Positions 1 to 9,727 of a DNA stretch of 64,000 nucleotides are shown here, piece after piece. Numbering within the stretch: position 1 is the first letter of the stretch; each line of letters opens with the position of its first letter. The stretch is taken from contig JAZAMN010000071.1 in assembly GCA_036229005.1 (NCBI GenBank), positions 64,001 through 128,000 of the forward strand, written 5' to 3'. The position numbers were made by a program, and so were the translations under genes. Below the pieces are notes generated by a model that worked only from the letters and a program-made list of their open reading frames with translations, was not told the origin of the DNA and made no database searches. Origin of the DNA: Myxococcota bacterium. Lineage in GTDB: Bacteria; Myxococcota_A; UBA796; CAJQPC01.

Positions 1-365
1 GCGGGCTGCACCACCGCGAACCAGTCGGCGTCCTGGGCGCGCAGCGAGGGCAGCAGCTTCTGCAGATCCGCGGGCGTCGCGCACACCACCTCCACCCCGC
101 CCAGAGCCTCGAGCTGCGCGTCCGTCGCGTGGTTCAGCCACTCGCCCAGGAGCTGCCCGCGGGCGTCGCGGGCCTCCGACTGGTCCTCGCCGGGCATGAG
201 CAGCACCAGCAGGCCCCGCTCCCCCTCCGCCGCCCGCCGCCAGGCCTCCGAGAGGGCCGCCCGCTGCTGGGTGGGGCTGCCCGAGGCCAAGCCCAGGCGC
301 GGAGCCAGGACACTCAAAGCACCCATTGAAAGCGCAGCTTGGAGGATCGCTCGCCGCTTGATCAT
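1..365 (-). CDS. Tat-signal exported protein, partial (3' end outside window); paralog of 365..1105
   Basis: Manual translation MIKRRAILQAALSMGALSVLAPRLGLASGSPTQQRAALSEAWRRAAE..LLVLLMP..RGQLLGEWLNHATDAQL..VEVVCAT aligns with the 365..1105 product. ATG overlaps the upstream TGA. Absent from the ORF track because it is truncated. Confidence 0.8.
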   Translation of the reverse strand, partial: MIKRRAILQAALSMGALSVLAPRLGLASGSPTQQRAALSEAWRRAAEGERGLLVLLMPGEDQSEARDARGQLLGEWLNHATDAQLEALGGVEVVCATPADLQKLLPSLRAQDADWFAVVQP

Positions 366-1105
366 CAGAAGCCCTGGAAGCTGGCGACGTCGTTCAGGTA
401 CAGGAAGCGGCGGCTGGCGGCGGGCACGTGGCCCATCCCGCAGCCGATGGCCACGCTGGTCTCCACGCCCTCCACGTGGGTCCCGCAGCCCCCGGCGATG
501 GCCCAGTGGGCGCCGGGGGGCGGCTCGTCGATCAGCTTCGCGCGGACGGCCTGCGCCGCGGTGACCTCGACGGGGCCCAGATCTGCCAGCAGGGGTCCGA
601 GCACCCCCTCGATCGCGATGGTGTTCCCCGCGATCTTCAGACGCACCCACTCCTCGTGCTTCTCCCCATAGAAGCCCTCATCGCCGTAGTCGGGCCGGTT
701 CGGGGGCGGCGCGGGCAGGGTGACGTTCAGGACCTTGGCGGCCTCGGGGGCCTGGGGGTCCACCCACACGAACCACGCGTCGTCGGCGGCCTTGATCCCG
801 GGCACCAGCTTCCGCAGGTCCGCGACCGTCGCGCACACGACCTCCACCTGGGACAGGGGCGCGAGCTGGGCGTCGCTGGCGTTGTTCAGCCACTCGCCCA
901 GCACCTGCCCGCGGGGCCACTTGTCGCCGTCGTCGGGGGGGATCACCAGCACCAGCAGGGGCACCTTGCGCTCGGCAGCGCTGCGCCAGGCGTTGGAGAG
1001 GGCGGCGCGCTGCTCTTTGGGGGAGCCGGAGGCCCAGGCCGTCGGGGCGAGCGCGGGCAGCGCGGCCAGGCCCAGAGCGCTGCGGAGGAGCTGTCGGCGG
1101 TTCAT
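365..1105 (-). CDS. Tat-signal exported hypothetical protein with C-terminal GGCGxH..GCGMGH motif
   Basis: MNRRQLL twin-arginine signal with AWA cleavage site; coupled to both neighbours by stop/start overlaps. Confidence 0.8.
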   Translation of the reverse strand: MNRRQLLRSALGLAALPALAPTAWASGSPKEQRAALSNAWRSAAERKVPLLVLVIPPDDGDKWPRGQVLGEWLNNASDAQLAPLSQVEVVCATVADLRKLVPGIKAADDAWFVWVDPQAPEAAKVLNVTLPAPPPNRPDYGDEGFYGEKHEEWVRLKIAGNTIAIEGVLGPLLADLGPVEVTAAQAVRAKLIDEPPPGAHWAIAGGCGTHVEGVETSVAIGCGMGHVPAASRRFLYLNDVASFQGF

Positions 1106-2034
1106 CGGATCTCCAGGTCCATCAGGTCTTCCAGGCGGCGCAGGGTGTGCTCCGGGGACTCCAGGCTACCCGCGACCGAGCGCCGCAGGCTCATCACCGG
1201 CCCCTCGGCCCCCGCGTAGAAGTGCACCTGCCCGGCCTCGTCTTCCACAAAGAAGCCGCGCAGGCTGGTGCCGTCGCTCCAGATCAGGCGCAGGCTCCCG
1301 TCGGCGGCCAGCTCGTAGCGGTGTCCCTCTCCGTCCTGGTAGAAGCCCACCAGCAACGGATCCACGCCCAGGCTGCCCGAGCGGATGCTCAGGGTGTCGC
1401 CGCTCAGGGTCAGCGAGTGGGAGGAGGAGGCAGTGCTGGCGGCCCCCGAACCCGTCGTCCTCAACGTCTCCAACTGGATCTGAGCCCCCACCTCCAGCGC
1501 CCGCGGCGACGGCGAGGACACACTGGCGCGCTCCGCGAGCAGCCCCTGGGGCGTCTGGGCGAGCTCCAGGGGGAACAGCGCCTCGACCTCGGGCAGGGCG
1601 GGGTCGGTGAGCAGCTCCCACAGGCCGGGGGTGCGCAGCCACAGGCCGTCGTCGTCGGGGCTGCCCTGGATGCCCAGCTCGGCGGCCAGCGCTTGGGCCT
1701 GATCCCCCTGGACCAGGGCGGCGTCGGGGTCCAGATCCAGCCCGAAGGTGCCGGTCTCGGCCAGCAGCTCCTCGCCGTCGAGGTAGATCTGCAGGAGCTC
1801 GTCGGGGTCGGGGGTGAAGCGGTGATCCTGGCCATCTGGGCCCACCACCCAGGCCTCCTCGTCCCCAAAGACCTGAACGGGCAGGCTGGAGTCCACGAGG
1901 ACATCGCCCAGCTCCAGGACCACCCCCCGCTCCACGGCCTCGGGGCCCAGGATCACCACGCCGGGGGCGTCCTCGGGGGGCGCGCAGGCGGCGAGCGCGA
2001 GGGTCAGGGGGGCGGCGATCCAGGCTCGGGACAT
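1102..2034 (-). CDS. Hypothetical lipoprotein
   Basis: Start re-placed at MSRAWIAAPLTLALAAC (lipobox LAAC) with upstream GGAG; acidic mature part. Confidence 0.7.
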   Translation of the reverse strand: MSRAWIAAPLTLALAACAPPEDAPGVVILGPEAVERGVVLELGDVLVDSSLPVQVFGDEEAWVVGPDGQDHRFTPDPDELLQIYLDGEELLAETGTFGLDLDPDAALVQGDQAQALAAELGIQGSPDDDGLWLRTPGLWELLTDPALPEVEALFPLELAQTPQGLLAERASVSSPSPRALEVGAQIQLETLRTTGSGAASTASSSHSLTLSGDTLSIRSGSLGVDPLLVGFYQDGEGHRYELAADGSLRLIWSDGTSLRGFFVEDEAGQVHFYAGAEGPVMSLRRSVAGSLESPEHTLRRLEDLMDLEIR

Positions 2035-2164
2035 GGGGGCTCCAGGCTGCCTTCGGGAAGACAACGGGGGCGCGCGGGTGTTCCTTACACAAGGTCCAAG
2101 GGGCGCTCCCGAATTCTGCGGGAGAGCCGCCCCACCCCGGCGCGATGCGCGATACTCCAGGCCC

Positions 2165-2836
2165 ATGCGACACGCCCTCATCACCGGCGCCTCTGGCGGC
2201 ATCGGATCGGCTCTGGCCCAGGCCCTCCTGGAGCAGGGCTGGTCGGTCACCGGAGTCAGCCGCGACAGCACCGCCCCCCACCTGGTCGACGCCGGGGCCC
2301 AGTGGGTCCACGCGGACGTCTCCAAGCCCGCCGCCTGCGCCGCGCTGGCCCTGCGAAAGCCCGTGGACGCCTTGATCGTGGCCTCGGGGGGCTTCCACCG
2401 GGTCAAGCTGATGGAGGAGACCCCCGCCGGGTGGCGGCGGGCCTTTGAGACCGGCCTGGATCCTCTGCTTTGGCTCGCCCAGGGCGTGATGCCCGGCATG
2501 ATGGAGCGGGGCTTTGGGCGCATCCTGGCCTTCTCCATGGCCGGGCCCAGCCAGGCCCCCATGGTCACCGCGGAGCGCATCGCGCGGCTGGGGGTCGAGG
2601 CGCTGGTCAAGGACCTCTGCGCGCTGGGTGCCCCCCACGGCGTGACCGCCAACGCGCTGGCCCTGGGCTACATCGACTCGGGCTCCAAGCACGCCCCCAA
2701 GCACCTGCCCGCGCTGCCCGCCGGGCGCCAGGGTCGCGTGGACGAGGTCGTGTCCGCGGCGATGCTGCTGCTCTCGGATCAGGGCGCCTACATCAACGGC
2801 AGCGTGGTGCCGGTCGCGGGTGGCTACGGTGCTTGA
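2165..2836 (+). CDS. SDR family oxidoreductase (atypical active site)
   Basis: ITGASGGIG Rossmann motif, GVTANALALGYID and C-terminal YINGSVVPVAGG; YxxxK replaced by ERIAR. Confidence 0.85.
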   Translation: MRHALITGASGGIGSALAQALLEQGWSVTGVSRDSTAPHLVDAGAQWVHADVSKPAACAALALRKPVDALIVASGGFHRVKLMEETPAGWRRAFETGLDPLLWLAQGVMPGMMERGFGRILAFSMAGPSQAPMVTAERIARLGVEALVKDLCALGAPHGVTANALALGYIDSGSKHAPKHLPALPAGRQGRVDEVVSAAMLLLSDQGAYINGSVVPVAGGYGA

Positions 2837-4745
2837 GCTGCTGCTCTGGCTGGTGCTGCTGCCCGGGGAGCTCCCCGCCGCGGACAGCCTGCCGCAGCCC
2901 ACGCTCCAGTGGTCGGTCTCGGGTCGACACGCCCGAGCGACCCACCCCATGGGCGTCGCGCTCACCCAGTCGGGCGCCGAGCCCCAGACGATGCGGGCCA
3001 TGGACCCCGAGACCGGGGCGCTGGGCTGGTCCCTGCGGGAGGAGGCCGCCGCCATCCGCGAGGTGCAGGTCACCCCGGCGGGCTGGCTGATCCTGTCCGA
3101 CAACGCCGTGCGCGAGGTGCGCGCCCGAGACGGGGCCGAGCTGTGGCGGCTGCTGGGCGGCGCGGACTCCGTGGGCATGGCCCTGCACAGCGTGGCCTTC
3201 TGCAAGCAGGGCGTGCTGCGGGCCTACGCGCCCCCCTCCCCCGAGCAGCTCTGGGAGGAGGCCTGCGTCAGCGTGGACGGCAACGGCTCGGAGCTGGTGG
3301 CCGACACCCTCCAGGGGCTCACCCGCCTGGACCCGGCCAGCGGGGCCATCCTCTGGCAGCTCCCCGGCCTGCGCGGCACCCCTCTGGTGCGCAGCGACCG
3401 CGTGCTGGTGTCCTCCGGCGACGAGCTGATCTCCCTGGACCTGGAGATGGGCGAGCTGCAGTGGTCGCGCATCTTCACGGGCACCCTGCAGGAGCTCCCC
3501 GGCGGCGAGCTGCTGGCGCTGAGCCCCGGCCAGCTCATGCGCCTGGACCCCAGCACCGGCGAGCCCCTCTGGACCGCTGAGCTCCCCGCCGGCACCGGCG
3601 CCGCAACCCTCAGCGACGGCGACGACCAGTACGCGCTGCTGCTGCTGGAGCCCGAACAGCTCGGGGCGCCCCCCCTGGCCGCGCGCGTGTCCCTGGACAG
3701 CGGCGAGGGCAGCCTCATCCCCCTGCTGACCCGCCCCCAGACCGCCACCCTGCTCTCCGACGGAGACCTTCTGGTCTCCAGCCCCCAGGGCGTGGGCCGC
3801 CTGGACCTGGATCAGCCCACCGGCGCCTGGGAGTCCCTGAGCGCCACCCAGCAGCTCGCCCTGGTCCGCGCCTGGCCCCTGGGGCACCCCGCGGAGCTCT
3901 CCGCCCGCCTGATCGGCCTCCTGGACGCCGACCCCAGCCCCTGGCCCGAGCTGCTGGCGGGCCTGCCCAAGGCCTCCGAGCGCGAGCTGCTCATGCTCCT
4001 GGACGCCATCGACGCCCTGCGCCCGGAAGGCGCCCTTCCCCCCTTGGTCGAGCGCGCCGCCGCCGAGCCCCCTGGCCCCCTGCGCCGCCGCCTGACGGAC
4101 ACCCTGTTCGCCTACGGAGATCAGGCCCTGCTGGAGGCCATGTCCGCGGCGCTCCAGGTCCCCAGCCAGCGCGTGCTCGCCCGCGAGGTCCTGCTCTCCC
4201 AGGCCACCCCCGGGTCCCGCGCCCTGCTGGCCGACGCCCTGGCCGCCCAGACCGCCGCCCCCTACGCCTGGGACTGCGCCGGCGAGTTCTTCTGCGAGAG
4301 CGGCCCCGACGCGGACAGTGACGGTTGGCCCGATGCTTTCGAGCAGACGATCGGCACCGATCCCGCCAGCGCGGACAGCGACGGCGACGGCCTGCCCGAC
4401 GCCCAGGACCCCTGCCCTTCCCTGGCGGAGCACGCCGCCCCGGACGCCCGCCACCAGGCCGCGCTGGAGGCCCTGCTCTTTGGCCAGCAGCCCGGCCCCC
4501 TGCTGATCACCGAGCCCGTGTGCTTCGCCGGCGTCCCCGGCCCCCAGGTGCGCAGCGGCCAGGGCCTGGTCGCGGTCGGCTTTGGCTTCCCCGGCCCCGC
4601 CGAGGACCCCCAGGAGGGCGCCACCACCACCGTCGAGGTCAACTTCGTCACCGGCCCGCGCGCAGCCTCCGGCTACGAGGTCGGCCTGCTCTTCGAAGGC
4701 GGCCGCTGGGTCCCCACCCGCGTCCGGCAGGCCTGGAAGAGCTGA
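2829..4745 (+). CDS. PQQ-like beta-propeller repeat protein with C-terminal DxDxDG Ca-binding repeats
   Basis: Repeated (L/M)DPxTGxxxW motifs; DSDGWPDAFE and DSDGDGLPDAQD; N-terminal signal peptide. Confidence 0.75.
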   Translation: MLELLLWLVLLPGELPAADSLPQPTLQWSVSGRHARATHPMGVALTQSGAEPQTMRAMDPETGALGWSLREEAAAIREVQVTPAGWLILSDNAVREVRARDGAELWRLLGGADSVGMALHSVAFCKQGVLRAYAPPSPEQLWEEACVSVDGNGSELVADTLQGLTRLDPASGAILWQLPGLRGTPLVRSDRVLVSSGDELISLDLEMGELQWSRIFTGTLQELPGGELLALSPGQLMRLDPSTGEPLWTAELPAGTGAATLSDGDDQYALLLLEPEQLGAPPLAARVSLDSGEGSLIPLLTRPQTATLLSDGDLLVSSPQGVGRLDLDQPTGAWESLSATQQLALVRAWPLGHPAELSARLIGLLDADPSPWPELLAGLPKASERELLMLLDAIDALRPEGALPPLVERAAAEPPGPLRRRLTDTLFAYGDQALLEAMSAALQVPSQRVLAREVLLSQATPGSRALLADALAAQTAAPYAWDCAGEFFCESGPDADSDGWPDAFEQTIGTDPASADSDGDGLPDAQDPCPSLAEHAAPDARHQAALEALLFGQQPGPLLITEPVCFAGVPGPQVRSGQGLVAVGFGFPGPAEDPQEGATTTVEVNFVTGPRAASGYEVGLLFEGGRWVPTRVRQAWKS

Positions 4746-4755
4746 GGAGCCCCCC

Positions 4756-5226
4756 ATGAACGCCTGGATCCTGACCGTGGGCCTCGCGCTGGCCCAGGAC
4801 CAAAGCGACCGCGCCGCTCAGACCGCCTCCTACGAGGACGGCTACCGCCTGGGCTGGAGCTACGCCGCCACGGTCCCCACCCTGGAGTGGGCCGCCTACG
4901 GCGCCGCCGGGAGCTGCCTCTTCGGCGGAGCGGGCTGCGTCGGGGTCACCGCCCTGGGCTACTACGTCGACCCCGAGGACCTCCCGCCCCTGCAGCTCGA
5001 CGCGGACTACAACATCCCCCAGGCCTACATGGGCAGCACCCACCCCGCCCCAGAGGGCACCCTCTACCCCGAGCACTTCGCCGAGGGCTACGAGGACGGC
5101 TGGGACGCCCGGGTGCGCCGCTCTCGGGCGCGCTGGGCCTTCGCGGGGGGCGCCGCGGTCCCCGTGGTGATCACCGGCGCCTACGTGGGCCTGTTCGCCG
5201 GCAGCCTGGTGTGGAGCACCCTGTGA
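4756..5226 (+). CDS. Hypothetical exported/membrane protein
   Basis: GAGGAG RBS, signal peptide, two hydrophobic segments, duplicated YEDG(Y/W) motif. Confidence 0.7.
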   Translation: MNAWILTVGLALAQDQSDRAAQTASYEDGYRLGWSYAATVPTLEWAAYGAAGSCLFGGAGCVGVTALGYYVDPEDLPPLQLDADYNIPQAYMGSTHPAPEGTLYPEHFAEGYEDGWDARVRRSRARWAFAGGAAVPVVITGAYVGLFAGSLVWSTL

Positions 5227-5816
5227 GCGTCACCCTGGTCTCCGCCGTCCAGGCCGAGCTCGGCGACCTGCCCGGTCACGCCGTCGGCATCGGCCCGCTG
5301 CGGGCGGCTCTGGGCGCCTGGTCTGTCCTCGCTGGGGGGACCGGTCCCGTCATCCTGCTGGGCAGCGCCGGGGTGTATCCGGGGTGTGCCCTGCCCATTG
5401 GACAGGCCGTGGTCTCCTCCTCCCTGGGCCTCTCCGGGGGCATCGCCGAGCTGGGCCTGGGCTACCAGCCCGTCCCCGATCCGGTCCTGGAGGGAGCGGT
5501 GGGTTGGTTCCCCGCGCTGCCCGCCTGCACCGTCCTGACCGTGCCGGCCATCACCAGCGACCCCGATCTCGCCCGCCAGCGAGGACAGGCGTGGCAGATC
5601 GAGCACATGGAGTCCTACGGCGTGGCCGCTGCCTGCGCGCGCCTGGGCCGCCCCTTCGTCGCCGTGCTCGGGATCAGCAACGAGGTGGGGCCCCTGGCAC
5701 ACGAACAATGGAAGGCCCACCGCCACCAGGCCGAGGCCGCCGCGCAGGCCGCAGTGAGATCCTTCCTGCAGGCGAGGACAGGCGGGCGGACAGATTCTGG
5801 CCCCCAGGACGGTTAG
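5223..5816 (+). CDS. Nucleoside phosphorylase/nucleosidase family protein (MTA/SAH nucleosidase or futalosine hydrolase-like)
   Basis: GTGA overlap start; GIGP, LGSAG, EHMESYGVAAAC and GISNEVG motifs of the PNP_UDP_1 fold. Confidence 0.75.
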   Translation: MSVTLVSAVQAELGDLPGHAVGIGPLRAALGAWSVLAGGTGPVILLGSAGVYPGCALPIGQAVVSSSLGLSGGIAELGLGYQPVPDPVLEGAVGWFPALPACTVLTVPAITSDPDLARQRGQAWQIEHMESYGVAAACARLGRPFVAVLGISNEVGPLAHEQWKAHRHQAEAAAQAAVRSFLQARTGGRTDSGPQDG

Positions 5817-5825
5817 ACGCTCCCC

Positions 5826-6719
5826 ATGCAGTGGAACTCCCTCCCCATCATCGCCTTCGACACCGAGACCACGGGCCTGAGCCCCTTCGCGGGGGACCGC
5901 GTCATCGAGTTCGGCGCCGTGGTCCTGCACGTGGGTCGGGACGGCCGGGTGGCCAAGGTCGAGAAGCACGACTTCCTGTTCAACCCGGGGATCCCCATCC
6001 CCCCCAAGGTCGTGCAGCTCACAGGCATCGACGACGCGATGGTCGCCAACAAGCCCCCCTTCGAGGACCTCGCCATGAAGGTGCGGCAGCTCCTCACCGG
6101 CGGGATCTGCGTGGCCCACAACTACGCCTTCGACCGCAACTTCATCTCCGAGGAGTTCCGCCGCGCCGGCCTGGCCTGGCCCGACCCCATCGGAGAGGTC
6201 GACACGGTGGACCTCTCCATGCGCATGTTCCCCGAGGCCCGCTCGCACAAGCTCTCCGAGCTGTGCAAGCGCCTGGACGTGGACCTGGACAACGCCCACC
6301 GCGCCACCGACGACGCCGAGGCCTGCGGCCGCTGCTTCGTCGAGCTCACCCGCCGCCGCGAGGCCCCCGGGGAGCTCCACGGCATGCTGGACTGGGCCGA
6401 CGCTCTGGGCCACCCCCCGGAGAACGAGTGGATGGGCCTGGGTCCCCGGGGTCAGGTGATCTTCCTCAAGGGCGACTACGAGGGCCAGCCGGTGGAGCAC
6501 CACCCCAAGCACCTGCACTGGATGACCATGGCGCGCGTCCGCGAGGGCGGCCGCTGGGCCTGGCGCTACCCGGAGTCCCTGCGGCGCTGGGCGGAGCGCT
6601 GCCTGCGGGTGCGCTCCTCTGGCCGGGCGCGGCAGAACCCCAAGAGCTTCGGACCGGGCGACTGGACCATCGACAGCAACGCCCTGCTGATCACCCAGGA
6701 CCGCGGGCGCGCCTCCTGA
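5826..6719 (+). CDS. DEDDh 3'-5' exonuclease (DnaQ/Pol III epsilon-like) with C-terminal extension
   Basis: ExoI FDTETTG, ExoII AHNYAFD, ExoIII HRATDDA. Confidence 0.9.
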   Translation: MQWNSLPIIAFDTETTGLSPFAGDRVIEFGAVVLHVGRDGRVAKVEKHDFLFNPGIPIPPKVVQLTGIDDAMVANKPPFEDLAMKVRQLLTGGICVAHNYAFDRNFISEEFRRAGLAWPDPIGEVDTVDLSMRMFPEARSHKLSELCKRLDVDLDNAHRATDDAEACGRCFVELTRRREAPGELHGMLDWADALGHPPENEWMGLGPRGQVIFLKGDYEGQPVEHHPKHLHWMTMARVREGGRWAWRYPESLRRWAERCLRVRSSGRARQNPKSFGPGDWTIDSNALLITQDRGRAS

Positions 6720-6759
6720 CCCCCGCCTGACACCTCGCCGGGTATCCTAGGCGGCCCGA

Positions 6760-7404
6760 ATGTCCGAGACTCCCCACCGCCGCGCGCTCTTGCTGGGCCT
6801 CCCCGCCCTGGCGGTGGGCTGCGCACCCCGGGCGGCCCGCCAGGACGCCCTGGTCTACAGCCTGGACAAAGAGGTCATCGCGCTGCGCTACCAGATCGAG
6901 CTGCTCCAGCAGCAGCTCGAGACCTGCAGCTCGGCGTCGGCGCCACCGCCCGCCATCTACACGGACCTCAACCAGATCCTGCCGGACCTGGGCGTCAAGG
7001 TCTGGCGGGAGCAGTCCCTGGTCAAACTGCGCGTCCCCGTGGACAAGCTCTTTGCCAGCGGCAGCATGCGGGTGCGCGCCGAGGCCGATCCGATCATGGA
7101 CCTGCTGGCCACCGCCTTGCGCCTGCACGAGAGCGTGATCGCGGCGGTCGTGGGCCACAGCGACGACGAGCCGGTGCGCGGTCGAATGGCCAAGCTCTAC
7201 CCCAGCAACTGGGAGCTCTCGACCGCCCGCGCTGTGGCGGTGGTGCGCTCCCTGGTGGAAGAGTGGGGGGTGGGCCCGCAGCGCCTGACGCCCAGCGGGC
7301 AGGCCGAGTGGCACCCCATCGCCGAGAACGACACGCCCGAGGGGCGCGCACAGAACCGCAGGGTGGAGATCATCCTGCGGGAATCCAAGGAGGAGTCCTC
7401 ATGA
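6760..7404 (+). CDS. OmpA/MotB family peptidoglycan-binding lipoprotein
   Basis: LAVGC lipobox; GHSDD, NWELSTARAVAV and NDTPEGRAQNRRVEI motifs. Confidence 0.9.
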   Translation: MSETPHRRALLLGLPALAVGCAPRAARQDALVYSLDKEVIALRYQIELLQQQLETCSSASAPPPAIYTDLNQILPDLGVKVWREQSLVKLRVPVDKLFASGSMRVRAEADPIMDLLATALRLHESVIAAVVGHSDDEPVRGRMAKLYPSNWELSTARAVAVVRSLVEEWGVGPQRLTPSGQAEWHPIAENDTPEGRAQNRRVEIILRESKEESS

Positions 7405-7940
7405 GAAGCACCCAGAGCCTGTGCATCCTGGGCCTGTTGGCCCTGGTGGCCTGCAAGCGGGGGGACGACACCGCAGACAGCAGCGGCGGCAGCGACGAGT
7501 GTGGGGACGTCGACGGCCCCGAGGGCCCCGTCCCCAACGTGCTGGGGGACTGGACCGCGGACTTCGGCAAGAACCAGTTCGACGAGAACTGCGGCTTCAA
7601 CGGCATGACCGCAGGCTCCCACTACCTGCTGGACGGCGCGATGGAGATCGACGGCCGCCTCCCGGACCAGCTTCGGGTGACCTTCAACGAGTCCCCCGAG
7701 AGCGAGTTCTGGGGGGTGATCTCACCCACCGGCGCGGTGTCCTTCGCGGGCACCCATGAGCACCGCGAGGGCACCATGGACATGGCCTTCGGCGGGAAGG
7801 CCTACTACGACCAGTACCGCACCCGCTACTACATCGAGGGCTGGGCCTGGGTGGGCGTGGACACCGACGGCGACCCCGACTCCTACGAGTGCACCGCGCG
7901 CGGTGAGTGGACGGCCAGCAAGTCTGGCCTGGCAAGGTGA
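7401..7940 (+). CDS. Hypothetical lipoprotein
   Basis: AGGAG RBS, ATGA overlap, LVAC lipobox. Confidence 0.75.
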   Translation: MRSTQSLCILGLLALVACKRGDDTADSSGGSDECGDVDGPEGPVPNVLGDWTADFGKNQFDENCGFNGMTAGSHYLLDGAMEIDGRLPDQLRVTFNESPESEFWGVISPTGAVSFAGTHEHREGTMDMAFGGKAYYDQYRTRYYIEGWAWVGVDTDGDPDSYECTARGEWTASKSGLAR

Positions 7941-9721
7941 GCTTCGACCCCGCCGCAATCCTGAGCTCCTACGGCGCCGCCTTCCAGGCGCGCATGCAGG
8001 TGGACCCCAAGCGACTGGCCAAGCGGGTCGAGGTCCTCCAGATCGCCCGCGAGCTGCCCGAGCCGCTGCGCGACACGCTGGACACCCTGCTGCTGGCCCA
8101 CCCCGAGGCCGGCCACATCGACCTGCGCTTCCGCGCCCTGCTCGAAGAGGGCCCCGGCGCCGAGCTCTGGCTCTACGGCCTGGTGCTCCCCCGCGGCCTG
8201 CCCAAGGGCGCGCGCGGCGTGGACCCCACCAACTTCGCGGGCGCAGCGCGCCTGCACCCCGCCCTCAAGCGGCGGCGTCCGCTCCGCGAGCGGCTGCGTG
8301 AGGATGTCCTCGCCGAGGACCTGTCCCCTACGCATCCTCCCAGCGACGCCCGATTTGACGCGGTGGTGGTCGCAGTGGCGATCGAGGCGAACCCTCCTCG
8401 CCTCAAGCAGGACCTGGGGCTGAGAAAGGACACCCTGCAGCGGCTCATGCGCAGCCTGGGCGACGACCCCGATCGCTGGTCGCTCGCGCTGTCCCTGGCC
8501 ATGGCCTCCGGCCTCTGTCGCCCCGCCGGTGGGCGCCTGCGCGGCTACCCCGAGTCCAAGGCGCGCTCCCTGGACGACCCCGCCGCCCTGCTGCCCGAAG
8601 ACCTCCAGACCGCCGGCCGCCTGCTGCTGCGCCTGGTGGGCCAGGACTGGATCTCCCTGGACACCCTGCTCTCGACCCTACGCACCCGCTGCCGGCAGGT
8701 GCTGCACTCCCCCAACGAGCAGGGCGCCTACGACACCCGGCCGGGCACCCACTTTGACGAGCAGGGCTTCGACCACATCGAGCTCCCGCTGTTCAAGGCG
8801 GCCGCCACCGCGCTCTACCGCGCCCGGCAGCTCGATGGACGCGCCGGGAGCGAGGGCGTCGAGGCGCTCCGGCAGCCCCAGCCCGGCCCCGAGTACCCCC
8901 CGGGCTTCCTGCTGACGCCGGATCTGGAGATCCTGGTCGCCCCCGAAGAGCTGCCCGCGCACATCTACGGCCGCCTGGCGCGCCTGGCCCCCTTCGTGGA
9001 GGGCACCCGCGTCCACCGCCACCGCATCACCAGCGACGGCGTGGCCCGGGACCTGACCGCCGGACACAGCGACCCCGCCGAGTTCCTGGCCAGGTACAGC
9101 CGCACCGGCGTCCCCCCCACCGTGGCCCAGTCCCTGGCCGCCTGGTCCCAGTCCGCCGAGCGCATCAGCCTGCTCTCCGGCGTGGACATCCTGGAGCAGG
9201 ACGGGCGCTTCACCGTGGTGGAGAGCCCCCCCGAGCACGCCCGGGAGCTGCAATACGGCCTGCGGGACGCCCCGGTCCCCGCCAGCTTCCAGGCCGAGGG
9301 GGCCGACCACCTGCTGGTCCCCACCGAGCACGAGGCCCTCACCGTGCGCGCCGCCCTGGAGCGCGTCGCCGTCCTGGAGCGCTGGGACGACGCCGGCCTG
9401 CACTACCGCCTGCGCCCCACCGCCGCCGAGGAGCCCGAGGCCCTGCTGGACAGCCTGCGCAGCTTCCACGACGGCCCCCTGCCGGGCCAGCTCGAGGTCA
9501 GCGTGCTCGCCGCCAGTCAGCCCCACCCCGCCCCCCGCCAGGAAGAAGCCGTGGTGCTCCACCTGCCCGAGAGCCTCTCGCCGGCGCTGGTGCGGGACCC
9601 CGTAGCGGGCCCACTGCTGGGTCGGGTCGTGGCCCCCGGGCAGCACCTGGTGGACCGGGAGCACCTGCCCGAGCTGCTGGCCCGCCTGGAGCGCCTGGGG
9701 CTGTCCACCAAGGCGCCCTGA
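7937..9721 (+). CDS. Helicase-associated domain protein (XPB/Ssl2 N-terminal-like, Helicase_C_3)
   Basis: LLTPDLEILVAP..RLARLA..HRHRIT..FLARYSRTGVPPTVAQSLAAW resembles the XPB-associated domain; no Walker motifs. Confidence 0.7.
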   Translation: MSFDPAAILSSYGAAFQARMQVDPKRLAKRVEVLQIARELPEPLRDTLDTLLLAHPEAGHIDLRFRALLEEGPGAELWLYGLVLPRGLPKGARGVDPTNFAGAARLHPALKRRRPLRERLREDVLAEDLSPTHPPSDARFDAVVVAVAIEANPPRLKQDLGLRKDTLQRLMRSLGDDPDRWSLALSLAMASGLCRPAGGRLRGYPESKARSLDDPAALLPEDLQTAGRLLLRLVGQDWISLDTLLSTLRTRCRQVLHSPNEQGAYDTRPGTHFDEQGFDHIELPLFKAAATALYRARQLDGRAGSEGVEALRQPQPGPEYPPGFLLTPDLEILVAPEELPAHIYGRLARLAPFVEGTRVHRHRITSDGVARDLTAGHSDPAEFLARYSRTGVPPTVAQSLAAWSQSAERISLLSGVDILEQDGRFTVVESPPEHARELQYGLRDAPVPASFQAEGADHLLVPTEHEALTVRAALERVAVLERWDDAGLHYRLRPTAAEEPEALLDSLRSFHDGPLPGQLEVSVLAASQPHPAPRQEEAVVLHLPESLSPALVRDPVAGPLLGRVVAPGQHLVDREHLPELLARLERLGLSTKAP

Positions 9722-9727
9722 GAGCGG

